From Candidatus Collierbacteria bacterium CG_4_9_14_3_um_filter_43_16 (GTDB lineage: Bacteria; Patescibacteriota; Microgenomatia; UBA1400; MFAQ01): 27,832 nt of DNA. The notes beneath the pieces are model-generated. The model saw only the letters and a list, made by a program, of their open reading frames with translations, had not been told where the DNA came from and made no database searches. The translations under genes and the position numbers were made by a program. The DNA is taken from assembly GCA_002789895.1 (NCBI GenBank), contig PFUC01000004.1, positions 1 to 27,832 on the forward strand. The letters are read 5' to 3'. This document shows positions 14,561 to 22,913 of the stretch, piece after piece; positions within the stretch are counted from its first letter, which is position 1; every line of letters starts with the position of its first letter.

Positions 14561-17500
14561 TTGATGCTTACGGACCCAGACGGAGAAAGATTGAAAATTG
14601 ATGGCGAAATTAACGATTGAATCAAAGCACTTTCGGCTCGGAAGTCTCCGGACGAGACGACTCGGGCATAGTAATTGATGGTATTACTTGTGTTTTCCTT
14701 GCCGACACAGAAACTAATCTTTTGGCCATTGATTTCATATGGATACCAGACATCGCTCGTACTAAGTCCGAAACTGTAAACAGAGGTAATGGGCCTTAAC
14801 CCAGAAGGAAGCAAGTCTGAAACCTGATAACAGCCATCTTGAGAAATAGCGGTACGCGAGACGGGCAAAGATACTCGAATCAGATCTGCGCTAGAAAAAG
14901 TATTAGTGATAGAACCACGAACAGAATAAGTTCTTCCCACTGTGACCGAGGGACTGACATTGGCGGTTTTCGGATCTAGAACGGTGGTAAAAGTTGAACT
15001 CAAACCAATATCACCACTCAAGTCACTAAAGGATATCTCGGTAAGTTCTTTGGACGATAACTCCAGCTTAAAGACTTGACCTTTGTCAAGCTTTTTAGTC
15101 GTCTTTTTCCCGTTTAACGTGTAGGCAAAAGAAACAGGCAGTGGCTTGACGTTGTCAATTTGATTAGAAATAGCCAACAATTGGGGTGAAACAAGCAAAA
15201 TGTCTTTGCCATTATTGGCGAGGGTAAACCCAAGGAGACTATCTGTTTCCGGTTCTCCCAGTATTGAAGCGAGGGCAGCCATAAGGGCGGTGGCCTGAAG
15301 CTGAGAGTCTTTATCCGAGCCAATCTTTATAGACATAAAGTTGTCTTGTTTGACAGAAAAATCGGAAAGAAGAGCCCGATAGGTGAGCAGGGCTTTCTCG
15401 GTATCTCCGATTTTAGCCTGAGCCAATCCCAAATATATACGAGATAACGAGGTGAGATTATTGGCTTCGGAGAGATTGTCTATGAGTAAGAGAACCGGCT
15501 CGTCCAAACTGGCTAGACCAAAAAGAGATGTTGAAGCGGTGTCGACGTCTTTGGCTTGGGCCAATTGGCGATAGAAATAGTTTCCTAAACCGACGAAGTC
15601 AACCTTACTTTTGGCAAGTGCAGCGACAAAGGTAGAAAGTCCCAAGTCAGACCCTGAATAGGGAAAGAGAGCAAAACCACCATCAGGGGTTTGGTAAGGT
15701 GTCAAGTCAAGTTTTTCGGGAGTGATTGAGTCGTCAAAAGTTTTTTTGATAATTTCTCCGGAAAGTGTCCTAGTCAAGCGCTGATCCAGACGATCTCCCC
15801 ATGTGTAGGTCAAATTGGATAGAAGAGGGAAGAAACGACCTAGACTTTTGTCTGAGAAAATTAAAGCAGTGGGAGAATCGCTTGAACCTTCCGGTTTTGT
15901 GTCCGGAGATAAAGTAGTGCTGGTGGTTTTGACTACTTTGAGGCGTGAGTTGAGAACCAAAATCTTTTTAATTAATTTGTCAGAGAGGTTGCCGGAGCTA
16001 CCGGATATTGTGAGAGTATGTGAACCTTCTTTCATTTCCCCTAGATCTATAGGTACGTTTTCGAAAACTCTAGCGTTAAGGTTTTTATCTAAACCAAGAG
16101 AGGCTGATTGAATTCGGATGGCGACCTGGTCCCCGACGGACAGCCCTTCTCCATAAGCGCGGACCGAAATCCGGGGCCGCTCCCCGACCAAGTATTCGGT
16201 ATTTATAACCGCGTCGACAAAAAAGGGTTGCTTGACTACCAGAAGGTTGGAATTGGCACCGGCATTTAGATCGCCAGTTACTCCCTGAGAAGTAATCCTC
16301 CAAGAAGTAAGATTATCCGGAAGCTTGACGTCCAAGCTGGCCTGCCCATCACCGCCGGTGCGAACGCTGCCGAAATAGGCATTGTCTACGAAGAGTTCGC
16401 GGCCTTTTTCATTGTGAACATAGAAACCATCGGCAAGGTAAGTATTAAGTTTGTCGACCGTAAAATTATAAACAGTGTTTATGCCTGATCGAGATTCAAT
16501 GGAGTAAATTTTCTGATAATCTCCGCGTGAGTCCAGATAAAAATCGCCTATTTGTGCCTCTCCTGCCGTCATGAAGCGACCGTTGATATAGAGATTATGT
16601 TCGGCGGTAACCCTTAACCGATTATTAATGATGAGATACCCAGAAACTTGGTGTCGAAATACTTGGACAACTTTGGAGTTGACTGTTTTGGCCGAAGTGG
16701 GGCTTTGGAGAGTTTTGATGGTGTCGCTGACAACAATATCTTCAATATTTTTCGACTGTCCATTTCCCATAAGAATAGCGGTGCCAGGTAGAAAACAACC
16801 GCCACCTTCGGCCCCGGAGGAGTCAAGAGGATACTGATGTGACTGGTAAGAAACAATAATGTCCGGATCCAGAGAGCTGTAAATTCTGGCTAGAGGATCC
16901 ACAGTGATGGGGTTCATGGCGTTGTAGGCTTCATCGAGAAAGCTGAGATTGACCTCAGCCGACACCGGAGAGCCGTGTGAATCTTTGGACAGAATAGAAA
17001 GCCTGGCAGTACTACCTGGGAGATAAGATGATTTATCCAGGGTAATATCCAGCGAAAGTTTCTTGGCTGAATGATTGAACATTAGATTTAAACTTTCTGA
17101 TACTTCGTAGGTTTTTCCCGTAAAGCGAATGGCCCGAACAGAGATGTTGGGGATAAAGGTCTCAGGGAACTTAAAACCAACATTCGGGTCATCCGAGATC
17201 TGATAAGACTTGATACCTCTCTGAGCAAATAAGTACAGGAATTTGTCGGAATCGGTGGAGGACATGGGGACTTCCCCACGCATGACAGTAAGATTAACCG
17301 GCTCACCTACCGCAAAACCGTTGTTGATCTCAGATTTGTCCGATTTGAGGAAAATATAATTGTTTCTAGGGTAGTTATCAGCAGATCCGGAAACGTAAAC
17401 ATCCTGAGTGGTGATTCGGTTCTGATTATCTGCGGCGCGAAAAATAACGTTGTAAGATTTGCCTTCCGTAATCGGAAATTCGTAGATACCCTTACCATTT

Positions 17501-19773
17501 GCATCTGTAGTTAAACTGATGTCTGCGATTTTGTTTTGGACACGGTCGTATTCGTATCTTGGGGAAGTTACTTTGTTGATAAAGTCGTAGTAGGTACCCA
17601 CCTCACGACGGTTCCATTGGTTCTCCATGAGCGCGCCGGTAATAGTCCTGCTAGGTGCAGGAGAAAAAGAATCAAACGAGGTATGGGGTACGAATTTTGA
17701 AGTGTCTACCTGCCGCAAGTCCAACTCCACCCGGCCGGTCTTTCCTTTTGATTCTGATTTCGTGGAATTGAAAGTTAAAGAGGAATTGAAGACCGCAATG
17801 GACATATCGGTCTGGATATTTCCCTCTTCTGGTAGTAAGGGTCGAAGCGAAAGATAGGTATATTCTGGAGAATAATTAATAAGGCTGGGGTTTATTGAGG
17901 CGATTTGATTAAAACTAAATTTCCCCAATGAGTCGGTCGTCACCGTCCCGTTAGTGTCACGACTGGTGTATTTTAAGTTCATGCCGGGGATGGGTGAGCC
18001 TTCGAAAAAAGTAGCCTGTCCAGTGAAAGAAATAGTATCTCCGACGATAGCGGCCTTCTTTGAAGATTGGAGTATCAGTTTATAGGCTGGCTTGGTGTAA
18101 GTAGCCACAGTAAATGAAGAGCTCATGACTACAGAATCCCCTATCTTGAGAGCGATTCCGTACCAACCGGGATTGAAACCCGATAAGGGGATATCCCCGA
18201 TAAAAGTGCCTAGATCATTAGTTTCAAAATCTTTGGTAAACAGAACGATGGGATTAAAATCCCAGCTGGTATAGTCCGACCTAGTGACTTCTAGGGTGAA
18301 CTTTTGTTTTTGGTTGAGATTGTCCCTATCTCGAAGTAGTCCCCAGAATTTAATGCTGTCGGTAGGGAGATAAACGGGCCGATCGGTATAGAAATAACTC
18401 CAGTATTTATCTAATATGCGTCTGGTTTGTTGATATTTTGAGGAATAATAGTTGCCAGAATTTTTCGGGGGGAGAAGCAGATTGCTGTTGCCGTAACTAA
18501 CAGTGATGGCCGAGGGTTCTTCTATCTGTGACTGAGGGGTGTCAAAATAGGCTATGCCTTCTGATTCGGTCTCCTGCACCTTTCCTCCAAAATTTATTTT
18601 GGCTCCGGAAACTGGTTTTTGGGAACTAATGTCATTGACCCAAACCAGAGTCTTGGTGCCACTGGCACCAAGATAAGCTGATATATCGGTAATTTGAACC
18701 AATGCCTGAGTAGAAATATTGTCTATGGTAGATTCGACTAAGTAATATCCTTTGGGTAGAGATTGAGGGAATAAAAAGAAGTTGGTATATGTCTGCTGAT
18801 GAATGGGGGTGTGGAAGTCCAGAACCTTCGTAAGACCAGTGATCGGTAAACGTTTGGAATGGAGAGAGTTTGATGCCCACGAGGGAATAGAAAGGAGAGC
18901 ATTAAAATCTGAACTAAAACCCGGAAAACCGGAATACTGGAAGACCTGAACAGAAAGGTCTCCGCCACCGAGAGACGAAGTATAAATATCGAAGGCGGGT
19001 GTTTCCGATGATGAAAATTCATAAAAATTTCTGGCGAATCCGAGAGTTCGTGTAGAATTGGACTGTTGGGTTTCAAAACGAAAAACAAAATCCTCTTTGA
19101 GGGTTTCCGTGGTTCCATTTAGTTTCAAACCTTTTTTAACCTTGATGGTGTAAAGAGTGCCGGGAGTAAGGTCCTTGGGGACGAAAGATAAGGTGCGCTT
19201 ATGACGCTCAAAGCGACCATCGACGATCGGAGTGATTTCGAAGTTTCCTTCTTTTAGACCGATATCTGCCCAGTTGTCGTGGCTGAAGGTTATCTCAATT
19301 CCGGAATTTAGGGGCACATAGGTAGCCTGGTCACAAGGGAGGGTTTGAACCACACGAAAATCATTTTTTGTTTGGAAGGCCCAGGAAAACGTCTTTTGTT
19401 CGGAAAGAATCTTGATCCGATACAAACTATTGTCCTTCAGGATGGTTTTGGGAAAAATACTAAACTGACGGGGACCGACCTCTCTAATGTCGAATTCTAT
19501 TTCTGGGAAGAAAGTGACGTTATCCCTCAGACTGGCGATATCCAGGTCCTGATCGGATTTTAGAGTAAAAGAGGAGTCTGAAAAGGTTCCCAGAGAGTCT
19601 TGCCTATCCGCGGTGAGTATCAGGCCAGTAATTGAGCCGAGCTTGAGCTTGGCGGAATGTTGAAGGTACTGTGAAGCGAGAATGACAGAGATGAGTATGC
19701 CCACCGAGGCAAACAGAACGCCAAACAGCTGCCAAGGACGCAAAGAACCCAAGAAGGTTTTTATTTTTCCCAT
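14557..19773 (-). CDS. Alpha-2-macroglobulin-like surface protein, thioester-less, with a Hint domain in the bait region
   Basis: TM anchor, two Ig-like (Big_5-type) repeats, MG2 (FYTDRPVYLPTD.I.FWG), 'LDKSSYLPG..A.L.I....G.PV.A.V.LS..DEA', A2M domain (KLPDNLTSWRI; LVVKQPFFV) and TED (YQTPDGGF). Start moved from TTG 19812 to ATG 19773 because of the promoter. Confidence 0.92.
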   Translation of the reverse strand: MGKIKTFLGSLRPWQLFGVLFASVGILISVILASQYLQHSAKLKLGSITGLILTADRQDSLGTFSDSSFTLKSDQDLDIASLRDNVTFFPEIEFDIREVGPRQFSIFPKTILKDNSLYRIKILSEQKTFSWAFQTKNDFRVVQTLPCDQATYVPLNSGIEITFSHDNWADIGLKEGNFEITPIVDGRFERHKRTLSFVPKDLTPGTLYTIKVKKGLKLNGTTETLKEDFVFRFETQQSNSTRTLGFARNFYEFSSSETPAFDIYTSSLGGGDLSVQVFQYSGFPGFSSDFNALLSIPSWASNSLHSKRLPITGLTKVLDFHTPIHQQTYTNFFLFPQSLPKGYYLVESTIDNISTQALVQITDISAYLGASGTKTLVWVNDISSQKPVSGAKINFGGKVQETESEGIAYFDTPQSQIEEPSAITVSYGNSNLLLPPKNSGNYYSSKYQQTRRILDKYWSYFYTDRPVYLPTDSIKFWGLLRDRDNLNQKQKFTLEVTRSDYTSWDFNPIVLFTKDFETNDLGTFIGDIPLSGFNPGWYGIALKIGDSVVMSSSFTVATYTKPAYKLILQSSKKAAIVGDTISFTGQATFFEGSPIPGMNLKYTSRDTNGTVTTDSLGKFSFNQIASINPSLINYSPEYTYLSLRPLLPEEGNIQTDMSIAVFNSSLTFNSTKSESKGKTGRVELDLRQVDTSKFVPHTSFDSFSPAPSRTITGALMENQWNRREVGTYYDFINKVTSPRYEYDRVQNKIADISLTTDANGKGIYEFPITEGKSYNVIFRAADNQNRITTQDVYVSGSADNYPRNNYIFLKSDKSEINNGFAVGEPVNLTVMRGEVPMSSTDSDKFLYLFAQRGIKSYQISDDPNVGFKFPETFIPNISVRAIRFTGKTYEVSESLNLMFNHSAKKLSLDITLDKSSYLPGSTARLSILSKDSHGSPVSAEVNLSFLDEAYNAMNPITVDPLARIYSSLDPDIIVSYQSHQYPLDSSGAEGGGCFLPGTAILMGNGQSKNIEDIVVSDTIKTLQSPTSAKTVNSKVVQVFRHQVSGYLIINNRLRVTAEHNLYINGRFMTAGEAQIGDFYLDSRGDYQKIYSIESRSGINTVYNFTVDKLNTYLADGFYVHNEKGRELFVDNAYFGSVRTGGDGQASLDVKLPDNLTSWRITSQGVTGDLNAGANSNLLVVKQPFFVDAVINTEYLVGERPRISVRAYGEGLSVGDQVAIRIQSASLGLDKNLNARVFENVPIDLGEMKEGSHTLTISGSSGNLSDKLIKKILVLNSRLKVVKTTSTTLSPDTKPEGSSDSPTALIFSDKSLGRFFPLLSNLTYTWGDRLDQRLTRTLSGEIIKKTFDDSITPEKLDLTPYQTPDGGFALFPYSGSDLGLSTFVAALAKSKVDFVGLGNYFYRQLAQAKDVDTASTSLFGLASLDEPVLLLIDNLSEANNLTSLSRIYLGLAQAKIGDTEKALLTYRALLSDFSVKQDNFMSIKIGSDKDSQLQATALMAALASILGEPETDSLLGFTLANNGKDILLVSPQLLAISNQIDNVKPLPVSFAYTLNGKKTTKKLDKGQVFKLELSSKELTEISFSDLSGDIGLSSTFTTVLDPKTANVSPSVTVGRTYSVRGSITNTFSSADLIRVSLPVSRTAISQDGCYQVSDLLPSGLRPITSVYSFGLSTSDVWYPYEINGQKISFCVGKENTSNTINYYARVVSSGDFRAESALIQSLISPSIFNLSPSGSVSIK
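16411..16797 (-). other. Hint domain (A-type BIL / pretoxin-Hint-like mini-intein fold), 129 aa
   Basis: Block A CFLPGT (Cys codon 16797-16795), block B TAEH, block F VYNFTV, block G VHN (Asn codon 16413-16411). The +1 residue is Glu. No endonuclease domain. Confidence 0.93.
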
Positions 19774-19783
19774 CAATGATTTC

Positions 19784-19812
19784 ATTTTAATTTCAGGGTA
19801 GGGAGATGTCAA
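19784..19812 (-). promoter_or_regulatory. Consensus sigma70 promoter TTGACA-17-TAAAAT for the A2M operon
   Basis: -35 at 19812..19807, -10 at 19789..19784, 10 nt before ATG 19773. Confidence 0.8.
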
Positions 19813-20010
19813 TAAAACTATCCTGCTGACAGGATGTTTACTAATAAAAGTGGCGATATACTGGGGTCGGTGGTGGAGGTTTTGGCCATGAGATGGTCAC
19901 GATAGACTTTGGCAATAATACTCGCAAGCATTACCTGGTAACACTTATCGTCTCCTTTGATAAGAGTTCTTACCGATGAATTTCAGTCAGTTTTTTACTA
20001 TCGTGAATAC

Positions 20011-20032
20011 AAAAAGCCCCTCTTACGAGGGG
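20011..20032 (-). terminator. Intrinsic terminator
   Basis: Minus strand cccctc-gtaa-gagggg followed by ctttttg, just after the 20040 stop. Confidence 0.8.
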
Positions 20033-20039
20033 ATGGAGG

Positions 20040-20444
20040 TTATGTTTGAACAAAGTACTGAGGATTGGACAAGTTCACGATGATGAGGGCGGGCGGAAGA
20101 AACAGATCATTGTTGTTGGTGTTATTCAAAAATAACGTTATATCTTTGACGATCTGTAGCGCACTGTCACGGAAATCACTGATTATTGGTGGTTGAATAC
20201 CGCCTTTGGTGTATTGGTAGCTGATGACCACTTCTACCCGTTCGGTGGGAATCAACGTTTTGGTTTCTGGATTGTACTCAAATTGCTTGGCAGGAATAAA
20301 GATGGCGTGAACCCTGCCGTCAAGTTTTACCGGATGGGCTGCCTTCTCAAAGAATTTGTGAGTGTCAGCTAATAAATGCTTGAGAGAATCTTGCTCCGGT
20401 TTAAAATTTTGGCCGACATTTTTTACTTCGATGATAATGTCCAT
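20040..20444 (-). CDS. Hypothetical protein, 134 aa (paralogue B)
   Basis: ATG 20444 lies 2 nt after the upstream stop and aligns with the neighbouring paralogue. Confidence 0.75.
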   Translation of the reverse strand: MDIIIEVKNVGQNFKPEQDSLKHLLADTHKFFEKAAHPVKLDGRVHAIFIPAKQFEYNPETKTLIPTERVEVVISYQYTKGGIQPPIISDFRDSALQIVKDITLFLNNTNNNDLFLPPALIIVNLSNPQYFVQT

Positions 20445-20446
20445 TT

Positions 20447-20851
20447 TCAGCGCCCGCGCCATTCTGATTCAGTAACAGGATTCAGGCCCAGAAATTTGTA
20501 CTTTTTACCGCCTGATAGAATTTTGACCATTGCAGGAAGGTTTAAATCTTGATGGCTTGAAACTTGGAGAAGATCTTGGATCTTATTATTTATTAGAGCA
20601 GCCTGCGAGGAAAAAGATCTCGCGACATAGGTCCGTTTACCTTCAGAAGCATCTTCACAAACAAGGACCTCGACAGGACTTACGGGAATAATTTTCCCGT
20701 CCGAAAATGTGCTGAAAGAAAGGGCTGTATCAAAAGTAACCTCGACCGGAGAGTGGTAGGCATTTTCGACAATCTGTAATAGCTTTCCGAGAGATTTCAA
20801 ATCAGGACAAAAGGTACGACTAACATTCTTGATGGAAACTAGGATTTTCAA
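20447..20851 (-). CDS. Hypothetical protein, 134 aa (paralogue A)
   Basis: AGGAGG-6 nt-TTG start at 20851. TGtTATAAT promoter at 20890..20882. Confidence 0.75.
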   Translation of the reverse strand: MKILVSIKNVSRTFCPDLKSLGKLLQIVENAYHSPVEVTFDTALSFSTFSDGKIIPVSPVEVLVCEDASEGKRTYVARSFSSQAALINNKIQDLLQVSSHQDLNLPAMVKILSGGKKYKFLGLNPVTESEWRGR

Positions 20852-20919
20852 AGTAAACCTCCTCAAAGATGGTAATGGGACATTATAACATGGGGCGTGG
20901 TTAGACTATACTTAAAGAT

Positions 20920-21831
20920 ATGTCCGGTAAAGAAATGCATGGAAAACTGAACTTGGAGGAGGTGGGGAGATACTTTGAGAATAAAGGGTATAAAGTGCAA
21001 AAACTGGAACAACTGTGGCGGCACGTGACCGGTCAAGTCAAGTTTGAAAACGAAAAACTCTTCCTGAAATTGGCTAGTACCAAAGAGATTGGGGAAAGGA
21101 CGAGAAACGAAAAGAGTTTTAATGAGAGCGCCAACTCCATCTGGAAGAAATACATCAAAACGTTTCAATCCCCAAAAGTATTTGATGAAGGATATTTTCA
21201 AGATAAATATTGGTTTATTGGAGAGTTTGTTTTTGGAAAACCACTAGCTGAAGTGAAGGGAAAAATATCTGACATATCCGAAAAAGATATTATCAAAACG
21301 GCTGAGATAGCCAAGAATATCTTAGAAATCTCAGATCTTAGTTTACTACCCAAAGACAGAGAACACTTGAAAGAGATGTGGAAAGTAAGAATCCACGAAA
21401 TATCAAGTGGATGGTCTAATAACTGCAAAATAGATACAAAAGCCTTGCTTCAATATATTAAAGACAAAAGTGGCTATATGGAGACGGCATCAAGTCACGG
21501 AGACCTTACCCCCTGGCACATTATGAAGACCAATAATAATGTCTATTATTTAATCGACAGTGAAGCGGCACAAATGGGCGGCTTGAAATTTTATGACGTA
21601 GCCTATTTCTATCACCGTGTTTATACCAAACTAAAAAGACCATATCTGGCAGAGCAATTTTTGAAAATATTCAAGGAGGCTTATAAATGGACCGAGAAGA
21701 ACGATAAGGAGTTTGCGCCGGTGCTAGCGTCTAGAATCATGGGTGGTTATTTTGACGCAGAAAGAGACGGTGTGACGAGTGTGGAATTGAATCGGGAGAT
21801 GGAAGAAAGATTGTATGGTGGGGTGATGTGA
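20920..21831 (+). CDS. APH/choline-kinase-like phosphotransferase
   Basis: Beta-rich N-lobe with LFLK, catalytic loop HGDLTPWHI, LIDSE and FYDVAYF. TATACT -10 lies 7 nt before the ATG. Confidence 0.75.
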   Translation: MSGKEMHGKLNLEEVGRYFENKGYKVQKLEQLWRHVTGQVKFENEKLFLKLASTKEIGERTRNEKSFNESANSIWKKYIKTFQSPKVFDEGYFQDKYWFIGEFVFGKPLAEVKGKISDISEKDIIKTAEIAKNILEISDLSLLPKDREHLKEMWKVRIHEISSGWSNNCKIDTKALLQYIKDKSGYMETASSHGDLTPWHIMKTNNNVYYLIDSEAAQMGGLKFYDVAYFYHRVYTKLKRPYLAEQFLKIFKEAYKWTEKNDKEFAPVLASRIMGGYFDAERDGVTSVELNREMEERLYGGVM

Positions 21832-21866
21832 CAGGGTTTGAAATGGGCATTGCACGCGCGATTGAC

Positions 21867-21890
21867 GGGCATTGCACGCAATGCCCCTAC
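21867..21890 (-). repeat. GTAG-type REP (partial tandem copy at 21845-21857)
   Basis: Minus strand GTAG-GGGCATTGC-GT-GCAATGCCC, a perfect 9-bp hairpin. Confidence 0.85.
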
Positions 21891-22019
21891 GGAATGAATA
21901 ATTTGTCTTTTTTCCAATTCGAAGGATTGTTCTGAATGTATTCCTCGATTCGGTTCATGTCGGCTTCGTCACGGATGATGTGTTCGAAATAATTGCGTTG
22001 CTAAATTTTAATATATGAC

Positions 22020-22042
22020 GGGCGGGAAGACCCCGCCCCTAC
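22020..22042 (-). repeat. GTAG-type REP inside the RAYT coding sequence
   Basis: Minus strand GTAG-GGGCGGG-GTCTT-CCCGCCC. Encodes VGAGSSRP. Confidence 0.85.
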
Positions 22043-22100
22043 GGCGTGGTTAATGCGTTTTGTTGATTGATATTTAAAATAGGCAAGAATATTTCCCAAT

Positions 22101-22123
22101 GTAGGGGCGAGGTTTTCTCGCCC
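22101..22123 (+). repeat. GTAG-type REP inside the RAYT coding sequence
   Basis: Plus strand GTAG-GGGCGAG-GTTTT-CTCGCCC. Encodes GRENLAPT on the minus strand. Confidence 0.85.
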
Positions 22124-22430
22124 GCAATGGGTTTTGTCGGGATTATTAATAACAACAATTCCGTGCATATGGTTAGGCATAATGACGAATTCATCCATTT
22201 CAATATTGGTAAATCGATTGGATAATTGTTCCCATTCCTTTTGAATAACATTCCCCAATTCGGACAAGACCATTTCCCCACCAACAATCTGTCCAAACAA
22301 ACAGTCTCGATCTTTGGCACATATCGTGATAAAATATGCACCGTTTTGTGAATAATTGTAACCAGATAATCTAACTGAACGTCTTTGGGGAAAATCTACT
22401 CCCATAAGACAATGGTATCACCGGGAATCC

Positions 22431-22910
22431 TTAGCGTTTCGGACTTTGTTTCTTGGCACGGGCTCGACCACCTTGACCGGCTTTACGAGTTTCTTTCATG
22501 CGTGAGTCTCGTGTGATGAAGCCTTTGTCTCTAAGAATCTGTTTGTATTGGTCCGAGTTTACTTTTACCAAAGCGCGAGCAATACCATGTACTAAGGCAT
22601 GAGCTTGAGACATCAAGCCGGAACCGGCAATTTTGATACTTCCGGTGTATTGACCTAAAGTTTCGGTAACGATGAATGGTGCCTGATAAATCTTTTTGAA
22701 GGTTTCCCCTTTAAAATAGGTAGAAATTGGTTTACCGTTGATAAGAAGCTCTTGTTTTCCTGGCCAGATACGGACACGAGCGATGGCGGTTTTACGTCTA
22801 CCGATGGCGGAGAAAAATTCTTTGGGCATCGATAGGGAACCCTTTTTGACCGGTACAGTCTTGACCGGTTTTACAGCAATTTTTGATTTTTTGGATAGTT
22901 TTTGGGCCAT
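22431..22910 (-). CDS. rpsI: 30S ribosomal protein S9
   Basis: GRRKTAIARVR, TRDSRMKETRKAG and C-terminal QSPKR. Confidence 0.98.
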   Translation of the reverse strand: MAQKLSKKSKIAVKPVKTVPVKKGSLSMPKEFFSAIGRRKTAIARVRIWPGKQELLINGKPISTYFKGETFKKIYQAPFIVTETLGQYTGSIKIAGSGLMSQAHALVHGIARALVKVNSDQYKQILRDKGFITRDSRMKETRKAGQGGRARAKKQSPKR

Positions 22911-22913
22911 ATA

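Larger units (their letters stand above)
21887..22405 (-). pseudogene. REP-associated tyrosine transposase (RAYT, Y1/IS200 superfamily) with an internal nonsense codon
   Basis: RRSVRL.GYNYS..GAYFITIC and MPNHMHGI (HUH). TAG at 22003-22001 replaces the W of WQRNY. The same frame continues QRNYFEHIIRDE....IEEYIQNNP.NW to TAG 21889-21887. Confidence 0.92.

Noticed and set aside
14824-14835. GCYQ near the A2M C-terminus as a relocated thioester
   Set aside because: It lacks CxEQ spacing and lies in the C-terminal 'G.Y.V.D.LPSGL' strand, not the TED loop.
16411-16797. Canonical selfish intein with homing endonuclease
   Set aside because: It is only 129 aa with no LAGLIDADG/HNH segment. The +1 residue is Glu rather than Cys/Ser/Thr, and the host is a surface protein. 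BIL/PT-Hint fits better.
22001-22003. TAG recoding or an alternative genetic code explaining the RAYT stop
   Set aside because: TAG ends infA at its normal 72-aa length and several other genes. TGA also serves as a stop (miaA, NUDIX, A2M), so code 11 applies.
11862-22430. tRNA-Pro-integrated genomic island
   Set aside because: No duplicate of the tRNA 3' end and no integrase were seen. The block looks accessory but has no att evidence.
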